Positions 17,470 to 28,132 of a stretch of 64,000 nucleotides of DNA are shown piece after piece. This DNA comes from Bacilli bacterium. Its GTDB lineage: Bacteria; Bacillota_I; Bacilli_A; RFN20; CAG-826. The notes beneath the pieces were generated by a model. That model did not search any database, was not told where the DNA came from, and worked only from the letters and a program-made list of their open reading frames with translations. Location of the stretch: the NCBI GenBank assembly GCA_017651565.1, contig JAGCCQ010000079.1, positions 6,447 to 70,446 on the forward strand, read 5' to 3'. The number at the start of each line of letters is the position of its first letter. Position 1 is the stretch's first letter. Position numbers and translations under genes: made by a program.

Positions 17470-18684
17470 TTATTCAAATAGTTCTTTTATAGTTTTTCCT
17501 AATAAATTATCAGGTTTTTTGAGCTCAAAATTATCTAAAATTGTAGCTCCTAAATCAGCAAAACTTTCTCTTTCTTCCAATAATCTTCCGTTTTTAAACG
17601 ACTTGGAATACATGATAAATGGAACTTTTTCTCTGGTGTGGTCTGTTCCATACCAAGTAGGATCGTTTCCGTGATCTGCTGTAACAATGATTAAATCATC
17701 TTCCTTAGAATATTTAATCGCGTCAGCTAATTGAGCATCAAATGTTTCGATGCATTTTCCATAGCCGATTGGATCTCTTCTATGGCCGTATTCTGAGTCA
17801 AATTCAACAAGATTTACGAAGCATAAGCCAGTAAAATCGTGGTTCTTGACTTCTTCAATAGTTTTTTCCATTCCATCAATATTTGAGACAGTTTTTTGTG
17901 TTTTAGCCACACCATATCCGTCAAATATATCTGAAATTTTACCGATGCAGCTCGTCATAAAACCATTATCTTGTAAAACATTCATTGCTGTTGGAACATT
18001 TGGTTTTAAAGCTAAATCGTGTCTATGACCAGTTACACGTTTGAAATCATCTTTATTAGTTCCGATGTAAGGTCTAGCGATAACACGGCCGACCATCCAA
18101 TCTGGTTTCATACAAATTTCACGTGCAATTTCACAGCATCTATATAATTCTTCTAAACCTGTAACTTCTTCATGAGCTGCAATTTGAAGAACTGAATCAG
18201 CGCTTGTATAAACAATTAATGAGTTATCTCTAACTTGTTCTTCACCTAATTCTTTAAGAATCTCTGTTCCACTAGCTGCTTTATTTCCGATAACTTTATG
18301 GCCAGTTTTTTCTTCTAAAAGCTTAATTAATTCATCTGGGAAGCCATTATCTGTGAATGTCATGAATGGTTTAGTTGTATGAACGCCCATCATTTCCCAG
18401 TGGCCTGTCATTGTATCTTTTCCGTTACTAATTTCGCGTGATGCAGCAACATATGAATTTGGATGGGAAACTTTTGAAGTTCCTTTAAAATCACCTAAAT
18501 CAGCAATTCCGAGAGCATTTAAGCATGGAATATTAAGTCCATTAGGCATTTTCTCTGAAATATGAAGTAATGTATTACTTCCTACATCATCATGACCCGC
18601 ATTGAAAAACTTATCTGCGTCTGGTTCGTAGCCAATTCCTACTGAGTCGGCAACGATAACGAATATTCTTTTAAATTTTTTCAT
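17470..18684 (-). CDS. deoB: Phosphopentomutase
   Basis: Motifs [22 protein letters not shown]. The ATG at 18684 follows GGAGG; the track start at 18699 is a TTG inside the RBS. Confidence 0.92.
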   Translation of the reverse strand: MKKFKRIFVIVADSVGIGYEPDADKFFNAGHDDVGSNTLLHISEKMPNGLNIPCLNALGIADLGDFKGTSKVSHPNSYVAASREISNGKDTMTGHWEMMGVHTTKPFMTFTDNGFPDELIKLLEEKTGHKVIGNKAASGTEILKELGEEQVRDNSLIVYTSADSVLQIAAHEEVTGLEELYRCCEIAREICMKPDWMVGRVIARPYIGTNKDDFKRVTGHRHDLALKPNVPTAMNVLQDNGFMTSCIGKISDIFDGYGVAKTQKTVSNIDGMEKTIEEVKNHDFTGLCFVNLVEFDSEYGHRRDPIGYGKCIETFDAQLADAIKYSKEDDLIIVTADHGNDPTWYGTDHTREKVPFIMYSKSFKNGRLLEERESFADLGATILDNFELKKPDNLLGKTIKELFE

Positions 18685-18709
18685 AGTTTTTACCTCCAAA
18701 TATAATAAA

Positions 18710-19591
18710 CTATTTTTTGTTCATGAACAAATCATAAGTGTTGATTAGTTTAGCTTTGCTAACATGTGTGTAAATTTGTGTGGTTTGAATGTTCTCATGA
18801 CCAAGCATTTCTTGTACCGCTCTAAGCTGTGCACCACCATCTAATAAATGCGTTGCAAAACTGTGCCTTAGAGTGTGTGGAGATATCTTTTTTCTGATAC
18901 CAACATACTCTGCATATTTTTCTATTTGTTTATAAAAATAAATTCTACTTATTTGTTCGCCTTTCTTATTTAAAAATAAAATTTTAGAATTTTTTCCAGG
19001 ATTTTTAGAACGAACTTTAGATATATATTCTTGGACAAAATCTAATGAATACTCTGAAATTGGGACTTTTCTTTCTTTGGAACCTTTCCCAAAAACATTG
19101 ATATTTTTTTGTTGAAATGAGATTTTGTCTATTGTCAAAGACAATAATTCGCTTACTCTTAAGCCACTAGAATACATAACTTCTAACATTGCTCTATCTC
19201 TTAAACCACTAGGATTTTCTAAATCTGGAGCACTTAATAAAAGTTCTATTTCTTCCCTATTTAAACATACTGGTAATCTATCCGGTTTTTTAGGCAGGGT
19301 AATTTCAGGAATTTCGTATTTAAAATAGCCACTATTCTTTGAGAATAATAAATAAGATTTAATAGAAGAAGATATTCTAAGAACTGACGTTGTTGAATAT
19401 TCGTTATTAAGGCAAAAGGAAACATATTCCGATAAACTCTCCTCGGATATATCTTCTACTGTTTTAAAGCTCTTAAAATGAGCAAAAAACATCTTCAAAT
19501 CATTGAGATAAGAATTCCAAGTGTTTTTAGATAATCCTTTTTCTACTAAAAGATATTGTCTATACATGTCTAATGAATCAATTATATCCAT
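18710..19591 (-). CDS. xerD: Tyrosine recombinase XerD (XerC/D family)
   Basis: Catalytic motifs [46 protein letters not shown]. Adjacency to deoB resembles B. subtilis ripX. XerD versus XerC is not resolved with certainty. Confidence 0.8.
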   Translation of the reverse strand: MDIIDSLDMYRQYLLVEKGLSKNTWNSYLNDLKMFFAHFKSFKTVEDISEESLSEYVSFCLNNEYSTTSVLRISSSIKSYLLFSKNSGYFKYEIPEITLPKKPDRLPVCLNREEIELLLSAPDLENPSGLRDRAMLEVMYSSGLRVSELLSLTIDKISFQQKNINVFGKGSKERKVPISEYSLDFVQEYISKVRSKNPGKNSKILFLNKKGEQISRIYFYKQIEKYAEYVGIRKKISPHTLRHSFATHLLDGGAQLRAVQEMLGHENIQTTQIYTHVSKAKLINTYDLFMNKK

Positions 19592-19592
19592 A

Positions 19593-20774
19593 TTATTTCT
19601 TTTTAACTTCGCTTGCTCTCATTAAAAGAGGCTTGTCTAATTTTCTATTTAATTCTTCTATTAATAACTTAGTTTGGGATTGTTCCTCGTGTTGTTCATA
19701 ATCAAAGAAAGTCATTTGAATAACGACGTCTCTAGGATCGACTAAGTTTTGTAATGTAACACCGACTAATCTAATTACTGTACCTAAGAAATATTTTTCA
19801 TAAAGTTTACATGCTGTATCATAGATTACTCTGTAATCATTTGTCGGATTAGCTAGCTTTATTGATTTATTTTTGACCTTAAATTCTGGATCTTTGATAA
19901 CAATTTGAATTGTGTTTCCGAGCTTATTTTCTTTGACACATCTTTCACTAACTTCTTTAGATAAACTACTTATTGTTTGCTTAATTTCATGAAAGTCATC
20001 TGTGTCTTCCACTAATGTTGTTGAGTTGCCAATTGATTTAGGATCCCAAGGTTCTAAATCTAATTCATTATTACTTTTTCCTTCGATTAAATCAGCGATG
20101 ATATAAAAGAATTTTCCCATCATTACTTTTACATTTTCATCATCATTTTTAACTAAATTATATAAGTCCCCAATTGTATTAATTCCTGTATTGATTAATC
20201 TAGGAGCGGTCTTTTTGCCAATTCCAAAGAAGTCTCCGATTGGCAAAGGAGAAAGCATATCGACGGCATCTTTTTTACGAATGATTGTAATTCCCATAGG
20301 CTTTTTCATATCGCTTGCCATCTTAGCTAAAAACTTAGTTGGAGCTATTCCTATAGAACATTTTAGTTTGGTTTCTTTATATAATTCTTGTTGAAAATTT
20401 TCAAAAAACTTAAGTGGATTTTTCTTATCTTTTATAACATTTGTAAAGTCAGCATAACATTCATCAACAGAAGCTACTTCAACTAACTTTGTAGTTCTTT
20501 TAACAAAGTTAAAAAACTCATGAGACTTTTTCTGATAATATTTAAAATCAACAGGCAAAATAATAAGGCTTGGACAAAGTTCTTTCGCCTTAAACATAGG
20601 CATGCCGCTTCTTACTCCAAACTCTCTTGCCTTATATGAACAAGTAGAAACAATCCCACCTCTACCTTCATGTCCGATTGCGACTGGTTTACCTTCAATA
20701 TTAGGATTTTTTAATTCTTCACAACGCACAAAAAAAGCATTCAAATCGATATGACAAATTACTTTAACGCTCAT
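19593..20774 (-). CDS. dinB: DNA polymerase IV (Y-family)
   Basis: N-terminal IDLNAFFVRCE, SVDECYAD, and typical little-finger length. Confidence 0.9.
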   Translation of the reverse strand: MSVKVICHIDLNAFFVRCEELKNPNIEGKPVAIGHEGRGGIVSTCSYKAREFGVRSGMPMFKAKELCPSLIILPVDFKYYQKKSHEFFNFVKRTTKLVEVASVDECYADFTNVIKDKKNPLKFFENFQQELYKETKLKCSIGIAPTKFLAKMASDMKKPMGITIIRKKDAVDMLSPLPIGDFFGIGKKTAPRLINTGINTIGDLYNLVKNDDENVKVMMGKFFYIIADLIEGKSNNELDLEPWDPKSIGNSTTLVEDTDDFHEIKQTISSLSKEVSERCVKENKLGNTIQIVIKDPEFKVKNKSIKLANPTNDYRVIYDTACKLYEKYFLGTVIRLVGVTLQNLVDPRDVVIQMTFFDYEQHEEQSQTKLLIEELNRKLDKPLLMRASEVKKK

Positions 20775-20794
20775 GATATTATGTTAACTAATTT

Positions 20795-22642
20795 CTATAA
20801 AATATCAATGATTTTATCTATTGATATTCCTAATTGATTTCTTTGCTCTTCGATTGTTGAATGATTAATAAATTTATTTGGAACAGCTTTAACAATGATT
20901 TCGCCTTTGTAGCCTTTAGAAACTAATTCAGCAACTAAAGTATTAGCGAAACCAACTTCTGTTGAATATACATCGTAAATAATTATTCTTTCGTACTTAG
21001 TAAGTTCGTCGACATATTTATCTAAAATCGGACGAACATAGATAGCTTCGAAAACAGTAATGTTTAAGTTTTTATTTTTAATTTCTTTTACAAGTTTATT
21101 GATGATTGGACCGTAAGAGACCACTGCTGTTTTTTCGCCAGCAAGCAATTCTTTCCATTCACCAAATTCGACCTTTTCATCTTTTTCAATCTTGTTTTTA
21201 TTGAATAATTCTTTTGGATATCTGATTGCAAAAACACCATGATTATTCATAGATTCTTCTAATAAAGAAGAAATTTGTGATGATTTAGATGCCATTGTGA
21301 TGACGCAATTAGGAATAGTATAAAGGAATGAAGAATCATAAATTCCTTGATGAGTGTCACCATCAGAGCCAACTAAACCAGCGCGGTCAATTAATAAAGT
21401 TGAGTTAAGATTCATTCTAGCTAAATCATGAGAAATTTCATCATATCCTCTTTGTAAAAAAGTCGAATAGATCGAGATAAATGGATGAATTCCGTTTGAA
21501 GATAAACCTGCGGCTAAAATAACCCCATGTTCTTCATTAATGCCGACATCTTTAAATCTAGTTGGGAAGTCTTTTTGAATATCAATTAAGTCACTACCTA
21601 ATCCTGTTGCAGGACAAATTGTAACTGCGTTTTCGTGTTTTGACATGACTTCGTGTAATCTTTTAGCGTATTCTTTTGACCAAGAAGAAAGAGACTCGTC
21701 TTTAAGTAGATCGCCTGTTTCTTTATCAAATTTGCCAACGCCATGATAGAAACCTTGATTGTCTTTTTCTGCACACTCAAAGCCTTTGCCTTTAATAGTT
21801 CTAATATGAACTGCTACTGGACCATTAATTGTTTTCGCTCTTTTAAAAGCTTTTTCCATTTGCTTAATGTTATGTCCGTTAACAATTCCAATATATTTAA
21901 TGTTTAATAAATCAAAAAGATTTATTTTCATGAGATGTCTCTTTAACCAAGCTTTAAAAGAAGAAAGACCACGAAGAATAAATCTACCAATATGGCTGAT
22001 TGATAAAACTTTCTTAGTTGCGGACTTACTTTTTTGATAAAGGTTAGTGTTTGAAAGTTTTCTAAATGTTCTACTTAATCCGCCTTCATTTTTACCGATA
22101 GACATCTCGTTATCGTTTATAACGATAATTAATTTATTAGTTTTCTTAGATAAGTTATTTAATGCTTCGAAAATTAAACCGTTTTCAAAGCTTGCATCTC
22201 CAACGTATGCAACTACGTAATAATCTTCTTTTTTTAAATCTCTAGCTTCCGCAATTCCCATTGCTGCGCTTAAAGATGTAGATGAGTGACCACATTCATA
22301 GCAATCATAGATTGATTCGCTTCTTTTTTGGAATCCACTAGGACCATCTTTCTTTCTAATATTCTTGAAATCACGTCCAGTTAAGATTTTGTATGTATAA
22401 CATTGATGACCAACATCAAAGATTATTTTATCTTTCGAAAAATCAAATGTTCTACAGAGTGCGATTGTTGATTCGACGACACCTAGGTTGGAGGATAGGT
22501 GGCCCCCATTTTCACTAATGATATCTATGATATATTTTCTTAAATCAGCACTTAAAACATCTAATTCACCATAAGATAAACTAGATAAAAACTTTGGATC
22601 TTTTATTGAAGATAAGTCAACGTGCTTGATTTCTTTTTTCAT
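20795..22642 (-). CDS. dxs: 1-deoxy-D-xylulose-5-phosphate synthase
   Basis: Motifs GGHLSSNLGVVE, GHSSTSLSAA, GDASFENG, and transketolase-like C-terminal domains. Confidence 0.93.
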   Translation of the reverse strand: MKKEIKHVDLSSIKDPKFLSSLSYGELDVLSADLRKYIIDIISENGGHLSSNLGVVESTIALCRTFDFSKDKIIFDVGHQCYTYKILTGRDFKNIRKKDGPSGFQKRSESIYDCYECGHSSTSLSAAMGIAEARDLKKEDYYVVAYVGDASFENGLIFEALNNLSKKTNKLIIVINDNEMSIGKNEGGLSRTFRKLSNTNLYQKSKSATKKVLSISHIGRFILRGLSSFKAWLKRHLMKINLFDLLNIKYIGIVNGHNIKQMEKAFKRAKTINGPVAVHIRTIKGKGFECAEKDNQGFYHGVGKFDKETGDLLKDESLSSWSKEYAKRLHEVMSKHENAVTICPATGLGSDLIDIQKDFPTRFKDVGINEEHGVILAAGLSSNGIHPFISIYSTFLQRGYDEISHDLARMNLNSTLLIDRAGLVGSDGDTHQGIYDSSFLYTIPNCVITMASKSSQISSLLEESMNNHGVFAIRYPKELFNKNKIEKDEKVEFGEWKELLAGEKTAVVSYGPIINKLVKEIKNKNLNITVFEAIYVRPILDKYVDELTKYERIIIYDVYSTEVGFANTLVAELVSKGYKGEIIVKAVPNKFINHSTIEEQRNQLGISIDKIIDIL

Positions 22643-22833
22643 TATTTGCTTTCGATTACTTTTTCAATCTTATTTTCGGCCTCTTTAAGGGCTTTTTCTA
22701 AATCTTTGATTATTTTATTGCCTTCTTCGTAAAGAGCGATGGAATCGTCTAAAGAAAGCGATTTATTAGACATAGTCTCAACGATTTCATCGAGTCTTTT
22801 GAGTTTGTCTTCAAATTTCATTTTCTCTTCCAT
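22642..22833 (-). CDS. xseB: Exodeoxyribonuclease VII small subunit
   Basis: 63-aa helical protein (FEDKLKRLDEIVETM...LSLDDSIALYEEG), directly after xseA, with RBS GGAG. Confidence 0.88.
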   Translation of the reverse strand: MEEKMKFEDKLKRLDEIVETMSNKSLSLDDSIALYEEGNKIIKDLEKALKEAENKIEKVIESK

Positions 22834-22834
22834 C

Positions 22835-23974
22835 TTATTCTCCTTTTACTTCTTCAACTGCGGAGATTGTTTCTCCTTTGGCATATATTGTTTTAATCTT
22901 ATTTCCAACCTTTTGAGTGTTTGCGTCAGTTATTGGCTTTCCTGATTCATCTAAAGAGATTGAATAACCTCTTTGTAGAACACTTTTCGGTGATAAAGAT
23001 TGTAACTGTTCGTTTCTAAGAGTTACTTTTTGCTTAAGCAATGTAACTTTATCAGTGAGAAGATTTCTCATTTTTTCTTTTGCTTCTGAGACTTCTTCCT
23101 GTTTATCTTCAACATAATTTTTAAGAGATTGTTCCATAGAATCAATTGCGTCTTGGAAATGTAGTTCGATTTCTCTACGATCAATTGTTGCTAATTCAGC
23201 CGCTCCTGTAGGAGTACTTGCGCGCTTATCAGCAACAAAATCTACTAATGTAGAATCTATTTCGTGACCAATAGCAGCTATTACTGGAATTTTACTTTCT
23301 GCTATTGCTCTAACTAATTTTTCGCCGTTAAATGCGCTTAAGTCTTCACTAGCGCCACAGCCCCTTCCAATGATAATTGTATCCAAAGGATACTTTTGGG
23401 CGGTCAGAAATGCTTGCAGCAATTCTTTAGGGGCATTATCACCTTGAACTTGGCTTGGGAAGAAATAAATATCAGCAATTGGATATCTTCTTTTTAAATT
23501 AAAGATTATATCTTTTATTGCAGCGCTATTTGGAGCGGTTATTACTCCAATTGCGTTTGGATAAATATTAATAGGTTTTTTCCTAGATAAGTCAAATAAA
23601 CCTTCTGCTGCTAATTGCTTTTTAAGTTGTTCAAGTTCGTAAAGGATATCGCCTTTACCAGCTTGCTCTAAAGCAACTGCGATTAATTGATAACTTCCTC
23701 TAGCAGGATAGACATCTACGCTAGCTAATACGATAACTTCATCTCCATTTTCAGGTTCGAAATTTAATTTAGATGCGTAAGTTGCAAATAAACAAACAGA
23801 AATGATTGATTCTTTATCTTTTAAAGAAAAATAAACGTGACCATTTGCCCCATATTTAAGATTGGAGATTTCTCCTTTAACTGAAATATATCTGAGGTTT
23901 TGGTCGTTATTTATGACTGCTTTGATGTATTTATTAACATCCGAAACAGTATAAACAACTCTGTTTGCTGGCAT
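22835..23974 (-). CDS. xseA: Exodeoxyribonuclease VII large subunit
   Basis: OB-fold N-terminus (VKGEISNLKY...GHVYFSLKD), GRGCGASEDL motif, coiled-coil C-terminus. Confidence 0.92.
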   Translation of the reverse strand: MPANRVVYTVSDVNKYIKAVINNDQNLRYISVKGEISNLKYGANGHVYFSLKDKESIISVCLFATYASKLNFEPENGDEVIVLASVDVYPARGSYQLIAVALEQAGKGDILYELEQLKKQLAAEGLFDLSRKKPINIYPNAIGVITAPNSAAIKDIIFNLKRRYPIADIYFFPSQVQGDNAPKELLQAFLTAQKYPLDTIIIGRGCGASEDLSAFNGEKLVRAIAESKIPVIAAIGHEIDSTLVDFVADKRASTPTGAAELATIDRREIELHFQDAIDSMEQSLKNYVEDKQEEVSEAKEKMRNLLTDKVTLLKQKVTLRNEQLQSLSPKSVLQRGYSISLDESGKPITDANTQKVGNKIKTIYAKGETISAVEEVKGE

Positions 23975-24390
23975 TATTGTAAGACTCCATCGAGGATTGC
24001 GTTAATGAACTTTGCTTGCTTCTCTTCGACGTATTTTTTTGCTAAGTCAACTGCTGTATTAATAACAACTTTCTTATCGACTTTTTCAACGTAATAGAAG
24101 TGAGCATAGCTCATTAGTAAGATTGCTTGAGTTAAAAGAGGTATACGTTCCCATTTCCAGTTAACTAACATTGGACGGAATGCATCAACGATTTCGCCAT
24201 AATGTTGCATGGTAAGAGCGACACTTCTTTTAATATAAGGATCAACTTCATCAAAAGGAGTTTCGGCAATTTCTTCGATTAATTCATTTGCGTTTCTACT
24301 TGAAGCGCCACCACCCATAACAAAATCAGCTAGTTCATCATAGATGACTGTCATAATTACAAAGTGTGATTGATTACGTGATATTGCCAT
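23974..24390 (-). CDS. nusB: Transcription antitermination factor NusB
   Basis: 138 aa. The C-terminal KFINAILDGV motif is typical of NusB. The nusB-xseA-xseB-dxs order matches Bacillus. Confidence 0.85.
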   Translation of the reverse strand: MAISRNQSHFVIMTVIYDELADFVMGGGASSRNANELIEEIAETPFDEVDPYIKRSVALTMQHYGEIVDAFRPMLVNWKWERIPLLTQAILLMSYAHFYYVEKVDKKVVINTAVDLAKKYVEEKQAKFINAILDGVLQ

Positions 24391-24438
24391 AAAAGAAACT
24401 CCTTTTTGATGTAAATTTTGTTTTTAATTTTAATTTAA

Positions 24439-26385
24439 CTATTTAAGATTTTTAACAAATGTAGCTACTTTATCTGCTGTGAAGCCAAATGCGTTGATAA
24501 CGTCTTTTGCAGGAGCAGATTTACCGAATGAATCGATTGATAAATGATTTGCTGCGTATTTATCCCAACCGAATGAAGATAACATTTCGATTGAGACGAT
24601 TTTTTCTCTATCTAAAGATAAGACTGATTTCTTGTAGTCTTTATCTTGAGCATCGAAGTAGCTCCAGCAAGGCATAGAGACAACTCTAACATCAATACCA
24701 TCAGCAGCTAATAATTTTTGTGCTTCAACTGCTAATGCAACTTCACTACCAGTAGCGACTAAAATGTAGTCAGCTTTCTTAGCTTCTTTAGAGATAACAT
24801 AAGCACCTTTATAGACACCTTCTTTAGAAGAACCATCTAATAATGGTAAGTTTTGTCTTGAAAGAATTAATGCGGTTGGACGGTTTTTGCTATCTAAAGC
24901 AGCATTCCATGCAGCATATGTTTCTCTTTCATCGCATGGTCTGATTGTATCGACATTTGGGATACTTCTTAACATAGCCATTTGCTCGATTGGTTCGTGT
25001 GTAGGACCATCTTCACCAACAGCGATTGAGTCGTGTGAGAATAAGTAGATTGCTGGTAAATGACTTAATGCAGCCATTCTGATTGCTGGTTTCATGTAGT
25101 CAGAGAAGACGAAGAAACAACCAACATAGCTTCTAACACCACCATGTAAGAGCATACCGTTTTGAGCGCTTGCCATAGCGAATTCTCTGATACCCCAGTT
25201 CATGTTGTGTCCAGCTCTATTATCTACAAAGTAGTTGCTGCCGTTATCAAGTTTAGTCATAACTGAACCTGCAACGTCAGCGGAACCACCGAATAAGTTA
25301 TTTAATTTGTTCATGAAGAAGTTGAGAGCTTTACCACTTGCAACACGAGTTGATGTTTGTGAACCTGCTTCAAATGCTGGGTATTCAACGTTGTATGATT
25401 TTGCCTCTAATGCATCTGCGAATTTTGCAGCGTCATCTGGGTTGGCGGCTTTCCAAACATCCATTGCTTTATTGTAGTCAGCGTATGCTTTATCACCTCT
25501 AGCACCGAATGTGTTTTTGAAGTGATCGTAAACTTCTGCTGGAACATAGAAATTATCGTGGTCGAAACCATAAGATAATTTTGCAGCTTTGCCGTCTTCT
25601 TCACCTAATGGGTTACCATGAACTTTATTAGTACCTTGTTTAGCACTACCAAAGCCGATAACTGTGTGAACCATAATCATTGTTGGTTTGTCTGCTTTTT
25701 TAGCTTTGACGATAGCTGCGTCGATTGCATCGACATCATTACCATCTTCAACTTCTAAAACATTCCAACCACTTGCAACGAATCTTGCTTTAACATCTTC
25801 TGAGAATGATAAACCTAAGCCACCATCTAATGTGATGCCGTTTGCATCATAGAAGAGAATTAATTTCTTTAAGTTTAAGTGACCTGCTAATGAGATAGCT
25901 TCTTGAGAAATACCTTCTTGTAAACAGCCATCACCACATAATGCGTATGTGTAGTGATCGCATGCTGCTGGATACATTGAGTTCATCATTGTTTCTGCAA
26001 TAGCCATACCAACGGCTTGAGAAATACCTTGTCCTAAAGGACCACTTGTAGCATCAACGCCATCAGTCCAACCATATTCTGGGTGACCTGGAGTTTTGCT
26101 GTCTAATTGTCTGAATGATTTTAAATCATCCATAGTTACTTTGTAACTGCAGAGGTGAAGCATTGTGTAAAGTAATGCTGAAGCGTGACCTGCTGAGAGA
26201 ACAAAGCGATCTCTATTGAACCAAAGAGAATCCTTTGGTGTAGCGTTTAAATGTCTAGTGAATAAAGTATAAGCAATTGGTGCACTACCTAATGCCATAC
26301 CAGGGTGACCTGATTTTGCTTTGTTAATTGTGTCGATTGCTAAACTTCTGATTGTAGCAATTGATAATTTGTCGATGTTGTTCAT
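24439..26385 (-). CDS. tkt: Transketolase
   Basis: Motifs SGHPGMALG, GDGCLQEG, EDGPTHEPIEQ. Confidence 0.95.
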   Translation of the reverse strand: MNNIDKLSIATIRSLAIDTINKAKSGHPGMALGSAPIAYTLFTRHLNATPKDSLWFNRDRFVLSAGHASALLYTMLHLCSYKVTMDDLKSFRQLDSKTPGHPEYGWTDGVDATSGPLGQGISQAVGMAIAETMMNSMYPAACDHYTYALCGDGCLQEGISQEAISLAGHLNLKKLILFYDANGITLDGGLGLSFSEDVKARFVASGWNVLEVEDGNDVDAIDAAIVKAKKADKPTMIMVHTVIGFGSAKQGTNKVHGNPLGEEDGKAAKLSYGFDHDNFYVPAEVYDHFKNTFGARGDKAYADYNKAMDVWKAANPDDAAKFADALEAKSYNVEYPAFEAGSQTSTRVASGKALNFFMNKLNNLFGGSADVAGSVMTKLDNGSNYFVDNRAGHNMNWGIREFAMASAQNGMLLHGGVRSYVGCFFVFSDYMKPAIRMAALSHLPAIYLFSHDSIAVGEDGPTHEPIEQMAMLRSIPNVDTIRPCDERETYAAWNAALDSKNRPTALILSRQNLPLLDGSSKEGVYKGAYVISKEAKKADYILVATGSEVALAVEAQKLLAADGIDVRVVSMPCWSYFDAQDKDYKKSVLSLDREKIVSIEMLSSFGWDKYAANHLSIDSFGKSAPAKDVINAFGFTADKVATFVKNLK

Positions 26386-26387
26386 AA

Positions 26388-28124
26388 TTATTTTCCTTCC
26401 TCATCCATAAATTTAATACCTAAGTCTTCGACTTGTTGTCTTGTGACTTTATTAGGTGCTCCCGACATAGGGCATACGCCAGCTAAGTTTTTAGGGAAGG
26501 CAATGACGTCACGGATGTTTTCTGTACCCCCTAAAATCATTGTCATTCTATCTAATCCAAATGCCATACCAGCATGTGGAGGAGTTCCATATTGTAATGC
26601 GTTTACAAAGTAACCGAATTTGTCTTGGACATCTTGGTCACTAAGTCCGAGGATATTGAAGATCTTCTTTTGTACGTTTTGATCATAAATACGAAGTGTA
26701 CCACCGCCTGCTTCATAACCATTGATAACGATATCATATGCATATGAGAGCATCTTAGTTGGATCTTCATCCATATATTTCAAGTCTTCATCTCTTGGAC
26801 GAGTGAATGGGTGATGAGTTGCGACAATTGAATTTGTTTCGACATCTCTTTCAAACATTGGGAAGTCGACAACCCATAATAAATCATATGTATTTGGTTT
26901 AATTAAACCAAGTTTCTTACCATATCTAAGTCTTAATGCGCCGAGTAATGGGGTGACTCTATTATCTTTACCTGCTGCGATAATAACGATGTCATTATCT
27001 TTAAGGTCAAATGCTTTATTGAGTCCTTCTTTTTCTGCATCACTTAAGAATTTAACAATGCTACCGGAAAGTTCGCCACTTTCTTTCTTAACAACACCTA
27101 AGCCGCCAAGACCGAATTTCTTTGCTTCGAGAGTTAATTCATCAATTACTTTTCTTGATGTTTCACTAGCTACACCTTCAACAGCGATACCTCTAACTGA
27201 ATCTGCTGTCTTATAAGCTTCGAAGCTAGAATTTGCGAATACTTCTTTTAAGTTATGGAGCTCAATGCCAAATCTTGTATCTGGCTTATCACTACCAAAT
27301 CTTTCCATCGCTTCTTTATATGTCATTTGACGTAAAGGAAGTTTTACATCATAATTGACGATTTCTTTGAAATATCTTCTGATTAATTCTTCCATCATTG
27401 TGAGGAATTGTTGTTGATCTAAGAAAGATGTTTCAATATCGATTTGAGTGAAATCTGGTTGTCTATCAGCACGTAAGTCTTCATCTCTGAAGCATCTTGC
27501 GATTTGATAGTATCTTTCAAATCCACCAATCATTAATAATTGTTTGAACATTTGTGGAGATTGAGGAAGAGCGTAGAAACTACCATGATGTAATCTTGAT
27601 GGGACTAAGTATTCTTTAGCGCCTTCTGGAGAAGATGCACAAAGCATTGGAGTTTCGATTTCGCAGAATCCTAAACTATGCAAATAATTGTGGGTGATGA
27701 TTTTGATTTGATCACGGATATCAAAGAATTTTTGCATACAAGGTCTTCTTAAATCCAAATAACGATATTTTAGTCTTACTTCTTCAAGAGCATCAGTATC
27801 ATCTTGAATCAATAATGGCGTTGTTTTTGCAGTATTAATTAATTCGATTTTTGAAGCGATGATTTCAATATCACCAGTTTTCATTTTTGGGTTTGGTTGG
27901 CTTCTTTTTGCAACTTCACCAGTAACTGAAATGACGTATTCACTTCTAACATCTGGGATTTCCATACCTTCTTTAACATAAATTTGGATAATTCCAGAAC
28001 GGTCTCTTAAATCAATAAATAAGATTGATCCAAGATTTCTTTTTCTACTAACCCAACCAACTAGAGTAACTACTTGGCCTACATTAGCTATGGATAATTC
28101 TGTGTTTCTACAAGTTCTCTCCAT
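26388..28124 (-). CDS. aspS: Aspartyl-tRNA synthetase
   Basis: Class IIb motifs FRDEDLRADRQPDFTQID and GLDR, with an OB-fold N-terminus. Confidence 0.95.
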   Translation of the reverse strand: MERTCRNTELSIANVGQVVTLVGWVSRKRNLGSILFIDLRDRSGIIQIYVKEGMEIPDVRSEYVISVTGEVAKRSQPNPKMKTGDIEIIASKIELINTAKTTPLLIQDDTDALEEVRLKYRYLDLRRPCMQKFFDIRDQIKIITHNYLHSLGFCEIETPMLCASSPEGAKEYLVPSRLHHGSFYALPQSPQMFKQLLMIGGFERYYQIARCFRDEDLRADRQPDFTQIDIETSFLDQQQFLTMMEELIRRYFKEIVNYDVKLPLRQMTYKEAMERFGSDKPDTRFGIELHNLKEVFANSSFEAYKTADSVRGIAVEGVASETSRKVIDELTLEAKKFGLGGLGVVKKESGELSGSIVKFLSDAEKEGLNKAFDLKDNDIVIIAAGKDNRVTPLLGALRLRYGKKLGLIKPNTYDLLWVVDFPMFERDVETNSIVATHHPFTRPRDEDLKYMDEDPTKMLSYAYDIVINGYEAGGGTLRIYDQNVQKKIFNILGLSDQDVQDKFGYFVNALQYGTPPHAGMAFGLDRMTMILGGTENIRDVIAFPKNLAGVCPMSGAPNKVTRQQVEDLGIKFMDEEGK

Positions 28125-28132
28125 AATGATGT

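Noticed and set aside
18710-19591. Tyrosine recombinase considered as a phage or ICE integrase marking a mobile element.
   Set aside because: Its size and motifs are those of XerC/D. Its neighbours (deoB, dinB, dxs) are core genes in Bacillus-like order, no att-like direct repeats or phage genes are visible, and a dif site lies 2.4 kb away.
20779-20789. TTATGTTAACT in the dinB-dxs spacer matches the XerD arm of the dif site at 10 of 11 positions. It raised the idea of a pseudo-dif bounding a 4.5-kb IMEX-like element (16308-20789).
   Set aside because: The adjacent 11 nt (CTTTAACGCTC) bear no resemblance to a XerC arm, with no CATAA. A 10-mer of this composition can recur by chance in AT-rich DNA, and the enclosed deoB-xerD genes are syntenic core genes.
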